From an uncultured Candidatus Saccharibacteria bacterium (lineage in GTDB: Bacteria > Patescibacteriota > Minisyncoccia > Phycocordibacterales > Phycocordibacteraceae): 64,000 bases of DNA. Positions 19,880 to 29,940 of the stretch are shown here, piece after piece. Numbering within the stretch: the first letter of the stretch is position 1; the number at the start of each line of letters is the position of its first letter. The stretch covers positions 36,782-100,781 of the forward strand of contig CAYXYP010000001.1 in assembly GCA_964469405.1 (NCBI GenBank). The letters run 5' to 3'. Below the pieces are notes generated by a model, which searched no databases, was not told where the DNA came from, and saw nothing but the letters and a program-made list of their open reading frames with translations. The translations under genes and the position numbers were made by a program.

Positions 19880-20410
19880 CTACTGATATTGGGCACTAAG
19901 TCCTCGCACCACGAAACGTGCGCCGCCTGGCGCTGCTACCGTCGCGCATGAGACGTCATAGCCCTGCGAGAAGATGTACGTTGTCCCCGTACCAGATCTT
20001 GGTTTGTATATCGTTACTTCTGCACAACGCGTGCCTGGCATACCTACTGCAGGCGAATCAAGCGATACATACTCTCTAATAACCCATTTAGTCGATGGGG
20101 TATACGAAACAATTCCATCAGATAACAAGAGTGGGTACGTCGCATCAACACCATCGCAATTTATTTTCGGCGCAAGAGCCGGTTTGACCGGAGGGAACGC
20201 AAAAATACCCTTTTGCTGATCTTGATAGAGCACGCATTCAAGTGCGGCATCAGCAGCATAAAATGCGTACTGCGATTGGATAGCCGCCGAAGCGAGTATC
20301 TGCTGCTTATACCCGAGCGAGCCGAGTATGAGCCCAAAGGTAAGCATCACCGACATGAAGATAACAGCGATGAGGAGTGCAAACCCGCGTTGTTGTATTT
20401 TTATTGCCAT
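19880..20410 (-). CDS. PilX-like minor pilin
   Basis: QQRG|FALLIAV leader; AFYAADAALE. Confidence 0.8.
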   Translation of the reverse strand: MAIKIQQRGFALLIAVIFMSVMLTFGLILGSLGYKQQILASAAIQSQYAFYAADAALECVLYQDQQKGIFAFPPVKPALAPKINCDGVDATYPLLLSDGIVSYTPSTKWVIREYVSLDSPAVGMPGTRCAEVTIYKPRSGTGTTYIFSQGYDVSCATVAAPGGARFVVRGLSAQYQ

Positions 20411-21168
20411 GGCGTGAGGTGATTGGTGGACTTTACAGAGTATGACGTACCGTGGAAACTCCAAGAAACGGTCGACGTGACGCTCATTTCGTTCGGCGAG
20501 ATAGTCTTCACTTGAATCGTACGCGTGTAGGGTGTAACCACACCGCCGAGGTCCGTACGCGGAGTATACATGTCAGATGTCGCATTGTTCGCTAAGTAGA
20601 GTGGGGCGCACGATCCAGAACAGATTTGGAGTGAATGCAGTGAATGCTCAGTATCTATCGCCCCCACGCCCATTATGCGTGTCGGATCAAGCATACACGT
20701 CGCCGGATCGTGACAAGGAGAAATTACTCCATTGAAGTTTGTCCATGCCACCGTGGAAACATTTGGGACGTTAGTAGCAAATGCAGCCAGATACTCATGG
20801 TCCCGCATCGCGCGTACATGTTCAATACCCTCCTGAGCCAGGTGCGAGGCAGTGAGCTGCAAACGAGCACCTTGTGCGGCCACGATTGCACGATTTGCTG
20901 TAAATAATGGTCCCGCTACCGAAAATGTAACAATGGTGACAGCGACCAGAGCTTCAATGAGGGTAAAGCCGCGGACGACTTTGCTCCCGACACTCGCCTC
21001 GGTCAAATGCATGTTCCCATGCGTTTGACGCTCGGCTCGCTTGGTAGTAAACCCTGAAGACATGGTTTGCTCCCGACACTCGTTCGCAAAAGAAAAATAA
21101 GAATTTCTCATTTGTCTCACTCGCTTGGTAGTAAAGCCGCGGACTTTTTTTATATTCATCATACTCAT
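20401..21168 (-). CDS. PilV-like minor pilin with two 28-aa repeat insertions in the leader
   Basis: G|FTLIEALVA; LAQEGIEHVR. Confidence 0.85.
   Translation of the reverse strand: MSMMNIKKVRGFTTKRVRQMRNSYFSFANECREQTMSSGFTTKRAERQTHGNMHLTEASVGSKVVRGFTLIEALVAVTIVTFSVAGPLFTANRAIVAAQGARLQLTASHLAQEGIEHVRAMRDHEYLAAFATNVPNVSTVAWTNFNGVISPCHDPATCMLDPTRIMGVGAIDTEHSLHSLQICSGSCAPLYLANNATSDMYTPRTDLGGVVTPYTRTIQVKTISPNEMSVTSTVSWSFHGTSYSVKSTNHLTPWQ
20963..21130 (-). repeat. Two tandem 84-bp palindromic units (20963-21046, 21047-21130) in frame within the prepilin leader
   Basis: Shared TACCAAGCGAG...CGAGTGTCGGGAGCAAA...TTTAC frame around variable hairpins. Confidence 0.85.
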
Positions 21169-21788
21169 AGGTCAGAACCTCGCATGGTTGCTGCGGTCTC
21201 AACCGTGAACGGTTCAGAGGTCACCGGCCCAGAAGGGACTGTGCCTTTGATAATAATCAAGACGCGGGGCTGCTCAACATTGCCCTGTCCCGTTGGTTTT
21301 GTACCAAACGCATAGAACGTAAGCGCCGAAATATTGACTGAAGGATCGGTAAGATCGTTTGTTGCAGTACCTGTCGTTTCTTGTATCTTGCCGTTGGCAA
21401 GAGTATATGTAACTATTGGGCCTTCCGAAGATTTGAAAGAAAAACTATTTCCTCCAGCGCAATCCGTACCGAGAACGGGGCAACCGTAGCCTGTACCCGT
21501 GCGAATTTTATACGTCATCGTCTGAAGGGCGAAGGAGAGATTATTAATGCCGGTAGTGATGCTTTGTGTCTGTCGATTGACGTTGATCATCAAGAGATAT
21601 GCCCCTGAGGCGAGCGTCATGACCACCGCAAAAAGTCCGACCGCGACAATGAGCTCGATGAGCGTGAAGCCTCTTTGCATCAGATTTCTATGCCGTGAAA
21701 CCAGCGGCGTATGTGTCCAAAAAAGAGTTCGTGCTGTAGCGCTACACTGTGTGCGTATGAGTGAAAGATTTTTCATCCTGCTTGGCAT
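21165..21788 (-). CDS. PilW/PulJ-like minor pilin (start may be the later MQRG)
   Basis: QRG|FTLIELIVAV. Confidence 0.85.
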   Translation of the reverse strand: MPSRMKNLSLIRTQCSATARTLFWTHTPLVSRHRNLMQRGFTLIELIVAVGLFAVVMTLASGAYLLMINVNRQTQSITTGINNLSFALQTMTYKIRTGTGYGCPVLGTDCAGGNSFSFKSSEGPIVTYTLANGKIQETTGTATNDLTDPSVNISALTFYAFGTKPTGQGNVEQPRVLIIIKGTVPSGPVTSEPFTVETAATMRGSDL

Positions 21789-22597
21789 CGAGTCGCACTT
21801 ACGGTGATTGCTCCGGATGGCAGAATAAAGATCGACCGCGTGATGCTACTTCCCGGCGCAGAAATTTCAAGACATGCTTTCGATCTCAATTGAATTTTAT
21901 TCTTTTTCCTATTCACTGCTATGAATGGACTTGGGTTTGGCCGTGTAAAGACGATGTCGACAAAACTTAACTTTGCATCACCCTCCCCTTCTTCATCAGT
22001 TCCCGTTACTCCTACTTCTTTGCATTTCCAATCACCAGAAGCCTTGGCGGTACAAAAACGGCTTATGTATATTCCATTCTCCACCTTATAGTCCTTGACC
22101 CATTCACCTTTGGTAGGATCGGGATTATACACACAGTCACCACGCTTTGCGTCTGGTCCATTCGGATCGGATAGTGGTAAAGGGGAATGACAAAAGGAAT
22201 TGCTTGGGGCAGGGTCAATATCTTTGAAGAGCGTGAAGGAGGTTGGGGAGGCAGTATCGAAGTGGAGACCATATCCCACGCCATTTACGCTAAGTCCGGA
22301 ACTGCTGACGCCGAAGGTTTCCACGGAGCGCACGGTCAGCGCGATATCATACGCAGTATTCGCGAGTACGAGCGTTTTATTAAAAGAAGTTTGGCTGCTC
22401 AATACAACACCGCTAATGACTGTGATAATTGCCAACACCACCACCATTTCAACCAGGGTAAACCCCGAAGACATGGTTTGCTCCCGACGCTCGTTCGCAA
22501 AAGAAAAATCGGAATTTCTCATTTGCCTCACTCGCTTGGTAGTAAAGCCGCGGCCAAATTTATTCTGATTGGTCAAAAGAGTGGTAGAGGGTTCCAT
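21773..22597 (-). CDS. FimT/GspH-like minor pilin with one 28-aa repeat insertion in the leader
   Basis: G|FTLVEMVVVLAI; GYGLHF. Confidence 0.85.
   Translation of the reverse strand: MEPSTTLLTNQNKFGRGFTTKRVRQMRNSDFSFANERREQTMSSGFTLVEMVVVLAIITVISGVVLSSQTSFNKTLVLANTAYDIALTVRSVETFGVSSSGLSVNGVGYGLHFDTASPTSFTLFKDIDPAPSNSFCHSPLPLSDPNGPDAKRGDCVYNPDPTKGEWVKDYKVENGIYISRFCTAKASGDWKCKEVGVTGTDEEGEGDAKLSFVDIVFTRPNPSPFIAVNRKKNKIQLRSKACLEISAPGSSITRSIFILPSGAITVSATRCQAG
22458..22541 (-). repeat. 84-bp palindromic unit, nearly identical to 21047-21130
   Basis: Encodes TKRVRQMRNSDFSFANERREQTMSSGFT. Confidence 0.85.
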
Positions 22598-23328
22598 TGG
22601 GTAAAATAAGCGAGGAGAAAACCGGCCGCGAGATAAGGCGCGAAGGGTACCTCAACTCCTGTCATGATAGACCCTCTCGGCCTCCGCGCCAATATAACTA
22701 TCCCCACAACTGCTCCAATCCAGAATGAAAAAATGAACCCAGGAAATGCGGCGGAGCCGACAAGAAGTGCGAGACCAAACGCAAGCGGAGCATCCGCAAA
22801 ACCCATGGCACGGCCACGAGATATGACGTGAACAAGAGCAAGACTTGCTGCAATAAGAAGAGCCGTAAGGAGTGTGCCAGAAAAAGCCGTAAACGAAGAA
22901 GCGGACAAGAAGCCCGTTACCGCTGCCAATACGACAAATGTAACAAGAAGTGGGAACGGCAGTATCTGATGCAAAAAATCATAGAGAACGAGTGCGAGAA
23001 GAACTGAGATTGAAAGAAGCATGAATGGCAGCGCGACCCCAAGACCGAGCGATTGATAGACGAGGACGAAGAGTCCCCCGAGTAGAAATTCCGTAAGCGG
23101 TGCATAGAGAGAAATACGTGCGCCGCAACAATGCGCCCGCCCGCCCGAAACGAAGTAGGAGAGAATCGGAACAAGTGCGTGCGGTGGAAGCTGTAGCGCG
23201 CATGCATCGCATCGCGACCGGCCGGTGAGTATACTCTCTCCGGTATTGAGACGCGCCACGACAACGCCAATAAAACTGGCAATAATAGCTCCGAGGAGGA
23301 AGAATCCGACGGAGAATAGCGAAACCAT
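22573..23328 (-). CDS. pilD: Prepilin peptidase (A24)
   Basis: RSRCDAC, VPILSY, YD and MGFAD aspartates, VPFAPYL. Confidence 0.9.
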   Translation of the reverse strand: MVSLFSVGFFLLGAIIASFIGVVVARLNTGESILTGRSRCDACALQLPPHALVPILSYFVSGGRAHCCGARISLYAPLTEFLLGGLFVLVYQSLGLGVALPFMLLSISVLLALVLYDFLHQILPFPLLVTFVVLAAVTGFLSASSFTAFSGTLLTALLIAASLALVHVISRGRAMGFADAPLAFGLALLVGSAAFPGFIFSFWIGAVVGIVILARRPRGSIMTGVEVPFAPYLAAGFLLAYFTQWNPLPLF

Positions 23329-23410
23329 ATGCGTATCATAACAGAAACCCGCGGCATGGCCGCGGGTTTCTGTTATGAACTACTCTTCCCTTTTCTTCGA
23401 AGAAATATGT

Positions 23411-23875
23411 TTACGGACAGACGGTATCAGTAGCGCCGAAGTTAACTCCATCGATCATCTTACCGACACTTGTACTATCAATGCACCAGGACTTACTAGA
23501 GTCAGCAACCATCTGCGCGGAAACGGCGTATTCAGTGCCATCGACGCTTACATTGCAAATAATTGTACCGCCACCATTTGCAGTATCAGCAGCAGCAACG
23601 GCTCGAGATATGTTCGAATCGCTGAACATATTATTGGAAGCTGCGCAATCTCCTGGTACTACCGCCTCTGTGCCATAACTATTTCCTCCGACATCCTCAT
23701 AGTAGAGTTGTGCTTGAGTCCGTACAGCCGAGAGATTCGACTGGATAGAAGCATCATTGCCCTTCGAGCGAGCCGTGTTGAGAGAAGCGAGCACGACCGC
23801 CGAGAGGATACCGATGATAGCTATGACAACGAGAAGTTCGATGAGTGTGAAGCCCCGTTTGAGATTATGCTGCAT
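23411..23875 (-). CDS. Type IV pilin
   Basis: KRG|FTLIELLVVIAIIGILSAVVL; C-terminal WCIDS..C. Confidence 0.92.
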   Translation of the reverse strand: MQHNLKRGFTLIELLVVIAIIGILSAVVLASLNTARSKGNDASIQSNLSAVRTQAQLYYEDVGGNSYGTEAVVPGDCAASNNMFSDSNISRAVAAADTANGGGTIICNVSVDGTEYAVSAQMVADSSKSWCIDSTSVGKMIDGVNFGATDTVCP

Positions 23876-23902
23876 AAGGAATGAGAGCGAATCTGAATCT
23901 GA

Positions 23903-24391
23903 TTAGCTCGCTGGGCAGGCCGCACCAACAAATGTAGCGCTAGTCCTTGCTCCTGCGAAACCAGTCGAATCAACACACCAATAAGGTGCCGAGCCAATGT
24001 TGACTGAAAGTTGCGAAAGGACCGCGTAGGCAGCAGGAGAGGCCGTAGAAACACACGTAACATTGGCTGCTCCATTAGCAAGTTCCGCGGAAACAATTGC
24101 CCTGTTAATCGTGAGATCGCCGCCCGCGTGGAACATAGTGGTGCCGACCGCCGCAGGTAAAGGACAATTAGCGGCAGTGAATGCTGGCCCGTAAGTATTA
24201 GCGCCAGCGCCGCCATAATAAATCTCCGCCTGGGTCTGAATGGTCGAGAGATTGGACTGGATAGAAGCGTTATTCCCCTTCGAGCGAGCCGTGTTGAGAG
24301 AAGCGAGCACGACTGCCGAGAGAATGCCGATGATAGCTATGACGACGAGGAGTTCGATGAGAGTGAAACCTTGGGAACGATTTTTATACAT
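23903..24391 (-). CDS. Type IV pilin (paralog)
   Basis: SQG|FTLIELLVVIAIIGILSAVVL; WCVDS..C. Confidence 0.92.
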   Translation of the reverse strand: MYKNRSQGFTLIELLVVIAIIGILSAVVLASLNTARSKGNNASIQSNLSTIQTQAEIYYGGAGANTYGPAFTAANCPLPAAVGTTMFHAGGDLTINRAIVSAELANGAANVTCVSTASPAAYAVLSQLSVNIGSAPYWCVDSTGFAGARTSATFVGAACPAS

Positions 24392-24539
24392 AATTATTTA
24401 TATTTGGCTAATGGCTGAATTGTACGCCTAGAAAGGCTTTTGTGGAAACAGGGGTGTGGATAAGGATTAGGAAAAGCCTTGCTCCCAGCGTCCCTTCGGA
24501 CGTGATGAGACATCGCACCCCGTCGGGTATGACGAAGCG

Positions 24540-25745
24540 TCAAATCGCTCCTGCGAGGTTATAAATTGGGATGAGCACTGCCGCGAGAAGCGAACCGACG
24601 CCGATGCCGAGGAGTACGATCATGATCGGCTCAATGAGTCCGACGAGGGTATCCACAGCATTTGTGACTTCGCGATTATAGAACTTAGCGAGCGTGGTGA
24701 GCATTTTACTGAGCTCTCCAGTCTCCTCACCGACTTTTGTCATCGCGACCATAATGCTTGGAATCTCTGAGTGCTTGGCGAAAGAATCGGAGATGGAAAT
24801 TCCCCCTTTCACATCTGCAACAACCCCAGCAAGTATCCTCGTATAGATACTATTGTCGACAACCGAACTCGTAATCTCAAGAGCTTCGACAACTGAGATT
24901 CCCGAGAGAAGCATGGTGGAAAAATTGTCTGCGATGCGCGAGAGATATAGCTTCCTATATAGATCGCCAACATAAGGAATTTGGAGTTTCAGACCATCAA
25001 AAACAAATTTACCCTTTTCAGTTTTCTTCAGCTGCCATAGATAAAAACCTCCCGCAATAAGGACAATGATAAAGAAAATGCCGTAGTGGACAATGAGGTT
25101 CGATAGACCAATGACGATTTTGGTGTAAATCGGTATTTCCTGACCGGAATCGATCAAAACGGCGCTAATCTTCGGAATGACAAGCGCGAGCATGAGCCCC
25201 ATCACCCCGAAGAAGACCGTGATAACAAAGGCTGGATACACGAGTGCATTCTCGGCCTTACTGACGAGCTCGTAGGAACGATCGAGATAGTCGGCGAGAT
25301 ACACGAACGTCTCTGCTAATTTGCCTGACTCTTCTCCCGCATTGACCATGTTCACATAGAATGCCGAGAAAATTTTCGGGTGGCGTGCAAGAGCTTTACT
25401 GAGAGAACTCCCGCCCTGAATATCATCTCCGACGGTTGCAAGAACGGCCGCAAGCTTTTTATTTTCAGCTTCGGCAGAAAGAAGACGAAAGGCACGAAGC
25501 GCAGATACTTGTGCTTCAAACAAAGTAGCTACCTGGCGCGAGAAAATAACAATATCCTTGTTGGAGACCCGTCCGAAAAACGGGAGTTCCACCTTGAGCA
25601 GTGAACTCTTCTCTGTGGATTCAATCGACGATATGATAAGACCTCGCCGTTGTAACGCAGCGACAGCAACATCTTGTGAGGGGGCCTCGACAGTCCCCTC
25701 TCGTTCATGACTGTCTTGATCAATTGCGTGATATTTAAATAACAT
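24540..25745 (-). CDS. pilC: Type IV pilus platform protein PilC/GspF
   Basis: FSRQVATL, AGEESGKL, ALVYP, VGEETGEL, IEPIMI. Confidence 0.93.
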   Translation of the reverse strand: MLFKYHAIDQDSHEREGTVEAPSQDVAVAALQRRGLIISSIESTEKSSLLKVELPFFGRVSNKDIVIFSRQVATLFEAQVSALRAFRLLSAEAENKKLAAVLATVGDDIQGGSSLSKALARHPKIFSAFYVNMVNAGEESGKLAETFVYLADYLDRSYELVSKAENALVYPAFVITVFFGVMGLMLALVIPKISAVLIDSGQEIPIYTKIVIGLSNLIVHYGIFFIIVLIAGGFYLWQLKKTEKGKFVFDGLKLQIPYVGDLYRKLYLSRIADNFSTMLLSGISVVEALEITSSVVDNSIYTRILAGVVADVKGGISISDSFAKHSEIPSIMVAMTKVGEETGELSKMLTTLAKFYNREVTNAVDTLVGLIEPIMIVLLGIGVGSLLAAVLIPIYNLAGAI

Positions 25746-25748
25746 GGA

Positions 25749-26810
25749 TTAAAGGTAACGCTCGAACGTTTTTGGATCCATTGCATGCTCGTAGGCATGC
25801 TCTACCGTCACTTCTCCGCGACGGACAAGTTCCGCAAGCGAACGATCCATATCAATCATCCCCTCCTGAGACGACGTTTGAATGACGGCGTTGATCTCAT
25901 GAGTTCGTGCATCACGTATGAGGGTGCTTACCGCGTTGTTGTTGATAAGAAGTTCGTAGGAAGGAATGAGTCCACCCGAAACTCGCGGTATAAGCCGCTG
26001 TGAGAAGATACCTATGAGCGAGCCCGCGAGCTGCACACGCACTTGACTTTGTTGCTCGGCGGGAAACATGTCAATAATGCGGTCGATAGTTTGCGCCGCG
26101 CTATTGGTGTGGAGTGTAGAGAGCACGAGATGTCCGGTCTCCGCAGCAGTTACCGCCGAAGAAATAGTCTCGTAGTCACGCATCTCGCCGACCATGATGA
26201 CGTCGACGTCTTCTCTGAATGTGCCTTGGAGTGCCGCATGGAAATCGTGTGTATCGACATGAACCTCGCGTTGATGGATGAGCGATTTTTTCGGCGTAAA
26301 GAGATACTCGACGGGGTCCTCAATAGTGAGAATATGCTCCGCACGAGAGTCGTTGATGCGATCGATCATTGTCGCGAGTGTGGTCGACTTACCATTACCG
26401 ACGGGCCCGACAACAAGGAAGAACCCCTGCTTGCGCTGAGTAAATACTTCGAGGACGGAAGGGAGATTGAGATCCGCGAAGGTTCGTATCGCATGCGGGA
26501 TGAGACGAAGTGCGATTGAGGTTGTCCCCTGTGCGCGATACCCATTGACGCGGAAACGCGCATCTGCCCTGTGCGCATACGATAGATCGATGCTCTGATT
26601 CTGTTCGAACAACTTCCAGCGATCTCCCGCCACGATGCTTTGGAGCATCGCTTCAGTTTCTTTCTCGGTAAGCACCGGGTATTTATTGAGAGGAAACAGC
26701 GCGCCAGAAACGCGAATAATGGGCACTCCTCCAGCGACAAGATGGAGATCTGAACCACCCTCTTTGACGACTATGTCGAGAAGCTCTGCAAGACGATTAT
26801 CGGTAGTCAT
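25749..26810 (-). CDS. pilT: Retraction ATPase PilT
   Basis: SDLHL, GPVGNGKST, TIEDPVE, AAETGHLV-STLHT. Confidence 0.93.
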   Translation of the reverse strand: MTTDNRLAELLDIVVKEGGSDLHLVAGGVPIIRVSGALFPLNKYPVLTEKETEAMLQSIVAGDRWKLFEQNQSIDLSYAHRADARFRVNGYRAQGTTSIALRLIPHAIRTFADLNLPSVLEVFTQRKQGFFLVVGPVGNGKSTTLATMIDRINDSRAEHILTIEDPVEYLFTPKKSLIHQREVHVDTHDFHAALQGTFREDVDVIMVGEMRDYETISSAVTAAETGHLVLSTLHTNSAAQTIDRIIDMFPAEQQSQVRVQLAGSLIGIFSQRLIPRVSGGLIPSYELLINNNAVSTLIRDARTHEINAVIQTSSQEGMIDMDRSLAELVRRGEVTVEHAYEHAMDPKTFERYL

Positions 26811-26815
26811 AATAG

Positions 26816-27226
26816 TTAGGTAGTTGTTGGGTTACTTGTAGACGGCTCGCCCTGTATAACACGCAGGGTCTCGGCAAACACTTCCGAAGGAATCGCGGAC
26901 GCTTTAATGATGTATCCATCGACAGCGAATTGTTTCGCCTTCTCAATATCGGAAGGCTGGCCCTGATTTGAGAGGATTATAATCTTCGAGCCTTTCGCGA
27001 GCTCCTCCTTCCGGATTGTTGCGAGCGCTTCGAGACCGCTAACTCCCGGCATAATTAAATCGAGTAAAATGACATCCGGCGCGACAGCGTTCGGCTTCCG
27101 CAGAGCAGTCAAGAGTTCCTCACCCCCACCAAACGCAGTCACGTCATGTCCAGTGTTCTTAAACTTAACCGCGTACAAATCAAGAAGGAATCTGTCATCA
27201 TCAACAATGTACACGCGGTAATTCAT
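26816..27226 (-). CDS. Single-domain response regulator
   Basis: IVDDD, LLDLIMP, ILSN, YIIK. Confidence 0.9.
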   Translation of the reverse strand: MNYRVYIVDDDRFLLDLYAVKFKNTGHDVTAFGGGEELLTALRKPNAVAPDVILLDLIMPGVSGLEALATIRKEELAKGSKIIILSNQGQPSDIEKAKQFAVDGYIIKASAIPSEVFAETLRVIQGEPSTSNPTTT

Positions 27227-27254
27227 GATGTGAATAATATACTATGATTCCCCG

Positions 27255-29051
27255 TCAAGCTATCTCCCCTTCGGGGAAAAGTTCACCCCCGAGTGTATTA
27301 ATTTCCTCAAAAGGTATCTTCCCCCCGAGCGCCTTAATGATAGCGTCCTCACGCATGGTCAACATGCCACCTTCGCGCGCAACCGCATATATTTTTTCCT
27401 CGACCGGATCTCTAAGCACTGCTTCTTCGAGTTTTTTATTCATCTTCAGTATTTCGAAAACCCCTATACGGCCGCGCGTGCCGTTCGGACATTCGGCCGT
27501 TCCACTCGCGCGATAAAATTCACTAAACGCTGGCAATGCGCGCCGATACTCCTCTGGAACATCCGAAAATTGCTGCTCTAGAGATACTTTGATACTTTCG
27601 GTAACCGGGAAAGGCTTCCCTGCGCCTTCACAGAGTTTCTGAACGAGACGCTGTCCGATGACCGCGACCAATGTTGGTGCAATAAGGAACGGGTCAACGC
27701 CCATATCAATAAGGCGCGGAATCGCACCGACAGCGGTGTTGGTGTGTATCGTGGAGAATACGAGATGTCCCGTCAGCGCCGCTTGCACCGCAAGTACGGC
27801 GGTCTCTTTATCACGAATTTCGCCAACCATGATGACGTCCGGGTCCTGACGCAAGATAGAGCGTAGCCCATTAGCAAACGTGTACCCAATCTCGGGTCGC
27901 ACCTGACTCTGCGATACATTCGGAATTTCGTACTCAACCGGGTCTTCAAGCGAAACGACGTTTGCCGTCTCACGATCAAGTTCGGAAAGCATCGCGAAGA
28001 GAGTCGTGGACTTCCCCGATCCTGTTGGACCTGCGATAAGGATGATGCCATATGGAACTTTCATCATTTCTCGAACTTCATCAAGCTGCGTGGCGGAAAA
28101 TCCGACAGACTCGAGAGTCGCCGTGGCATCTGATTGATCGAGAATACGCATAACCACTTTCTCGCCATTTTCCGTCGGAAATGTGGAGACACGGAAATCA
28201 ATCCTATGTCCGTCGACGGTTGCTGAGAACCGTCCGTCTTGCGGTTTCCGCTTCTCATCGAGACGCATCTTCGCAAGTATTTTGATACGCGCGACAACGG
28301 CTTCGTGTACTTTCGACGGAAGCTCGAGCGAGGTATGGAGGTCGCCATCCATGCGGAAGCGAACTCGCGTCTTCGTCTGCATCGGTTCGATATGAACGTC
28401 TGACGAATGCCCCTCAATGGCGTATCGCAATATAGTTGAAACAAGTTTCGTTACCGGAGCATCTTCCTTGAGAGTTTCGCGGGATCCACCCGTAGGGAGT
28501 GGCACATCAGTATCAGTAAGTGCGATCGGACCTTCGTTCGAAGCAAACGCGTTAGAAATCGAGTTCTCGGGGCCAGTAGGAGAATCGGCCGACGTATCAT
28601 ATTCAAAAAGGGCTTTCCCGGCCTCGCCCGAAAGATTCTGATACCCAGCAAGCACACGATCGAAATCTTCTTTTGTGATAAGAAAGATTTTATAGGGAAT
28701 GCCGATTTTGCCCGAAATGAACTGGAGGGCATCAAGCGCTTCGATGTTGTCTGGATCGGTAACGCCGACTTCGAGTGCACCGTCCGCGAGATCGAGAGCT
28801 ACGAACCCATAATGACGAGCGGAGTCAATCGGGATATAGCTATACACTTCATGCGAAGCAGGAGGTTCTCCAAGTATCCGTGTGGGAATTCCATACGCCT
28901 TCCCCACTTCTTCAAGCGCACTCGGGAGCGAGATACCCCGCTCAGTAAGAACATCTGCGAGCGGGCGTTTCTTCGCAAGTTCAACCTCGACTGCTGCGCG
29001 GTCGCTTACAGAAAGGATTCCTTTATCAACAAATATTCCAAGTAGATTCAT
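27255..29051 (-). CDS. pilB: Assembly ATPase PilB/GspE
   Basis: SDVHIEP, PQDGR, GPTGSGKST, LRQDPD, TGHLVFSTIHT. Confidence 0.93.
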   Translation of the reverse strand: MNLLGIFVDKGILSVSDRAAVEVELAKKRPLADVLTERGISLPSALEEVGKAYGIPTRILGEPPASHEVYSYIPIDSARHYGFVALDLADGALEVGVTDPDNIEALDALQFISGKIGIPYKIFLITKEDFDRVLAGYQNLSGEAGKALFEYDTSADSPTGPENSISNAFASNEGPIALTDTDVPLPTGGSRETLKEDAPVTKLVSTILRYAIEGHSSDVHIEPMQTKTRVRFRMDGDLHTSLELPSKVHEAVVARIKILAKMRLDEKRKPQDGRFSATVDGHRIDFRVSTFPTENGEKVVMRILDQSDATATLESVGFSATQLDEVREMMKVPYGIILIAGPTGSGKSTTLFAMLSELDRETANVVSLEDPVEYEIPNVSQSQVRPEIGYTFANGLRSILRQDPDVIMVGEIRDKETAVLAVQAALTGHLVFSTIHTNTAVGAIPRLIDMGVDPFLIAPTLVAVIGQRLVQKLCEGAGKPFPVTESIKVSLEQQFSDVPEEYRRALPAFSEFYRASGTAECPNGTRGRIGVFEILKMNKKLEEAVLRDPVEEKIYAVAREGGMLTMREDAIIKALGGKIPFEEINTLGGELFPEGEIA

Positions 29052-29054
29052 TAC

Positions 29055-29348
29055 TCATCTCCCGCCTATATTGGAGACGGGCGCAAAGGGATCAAGGCGG
29101 CCACTTGGTTCTGGAGCTATTTTCGTCGAAAGATCAACAAGGGCATTGAAGCGCGGGTCCGTAAATATGCCGGTATCAAATGAAGTTGGCAGTTCATTGA
29201 TGAGTGCTTTAAATTCCGTTTCTTCAGTATTTATTGATGACGTTTCGGTCAAAGGCGGCTGCTCCGACGTTCCGGTAAAAAAGTACCACGCAGCAACTGC
29301 GCCAATAACAAGGACAATAACGATGATGAATGTTGAGTTGAGTTTCAT
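29055..29348 (-). CDS. Small membrane-anchored pilus-associated protein
   Basis: N-terminal TM, GRLDPF motif, position between pilO and pilB. Confidence 0.6.
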   Translation of the reverse strand: MKLNSTFIIVIVLVIGAVAAWYFFTGTSEQPPLTETSSINTEETEFKALINELPTSFDTGIFTDPRFNALVDLSTKIAPEPSGRLDPFAPVSNIGGR

Positions 29349-29373
29349 AGTGAAAATATATACTGCTCCTCCA

Positions 29374-29940
29374 TTAGCGAAGCCAGAAGATGCGGAGCTT
29401 CATCTTATAGTTGTAGACTCCCGTATCGGAACCCTTTACATCGATATCTTGGACATCGAGAAGTCGCGTACTTTTTTCTACTTCAGTAAGGAATGCCTGA
29501 AGTGCCCCATAGGTACCGACCGCGGAAAGCGAGAGATCAATTGACCCTGTTAAGTTCGTCCGAGCGGTCGGTAACGCGCCAGAGATGAGCGGATCATCAG
29601 AACTCGCTATTGAATTTTTCGTGACGTCAATATTTGAGAGCGAAAGACCCGAACGCGATGCCAGTGCCGTCAAATCTAAGATGAGACCGACATTATCGAC
29701 CGAATCGGGCAGGAAAACAGAAAGACGCTCAAGATCCGCAGGGTTCATGGCATCACGCGCGGAAGCGAGAAGATTCTGCCGCGCCATATATGTGCTCGCC
29801 GCAGTAAGAGCTTGCTCATCAGAAATGATGGCGGCCTTTGTTGCGGCTATCGTAACAGTCCATGTCGGATTGATATAACCAAAGAATATACCTATGGCGG
29901 CGGTGAAAGCGAGCAGTGGCAAAATTCGTTCAAATATCAT
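29374..29940 (-). CDS. pilO: PilO-like protein
   Basis: N-terminal TM, FLPD, GTYGALQAFL-EVEKSTRLLDV. Confidence 0.8.
   Translation of the reverse strand: MIFERILPLLAFTAAIGIFFGYINPTWTVTIAATKAAIISDEQALTAASTYMARQNLLASARDAMNPADLERLSVFLPDSVDNVGLILDLTALASRSGLSLSNIDVTKNSIASSDDPLISGALPTARTNLTGSIDLSLSAVGTYGALQAFLTEVEKSTRLLDVQDIDVKGSDTGVYNYKMKLRIFWLR

Noticed and set aside
24481-24540. Small hairpin cluster after pilC (also 30588-30727 and 34517-34630)
   Set aside because: No convincing second copy or recognisable family; may be terminators or degraded repeats
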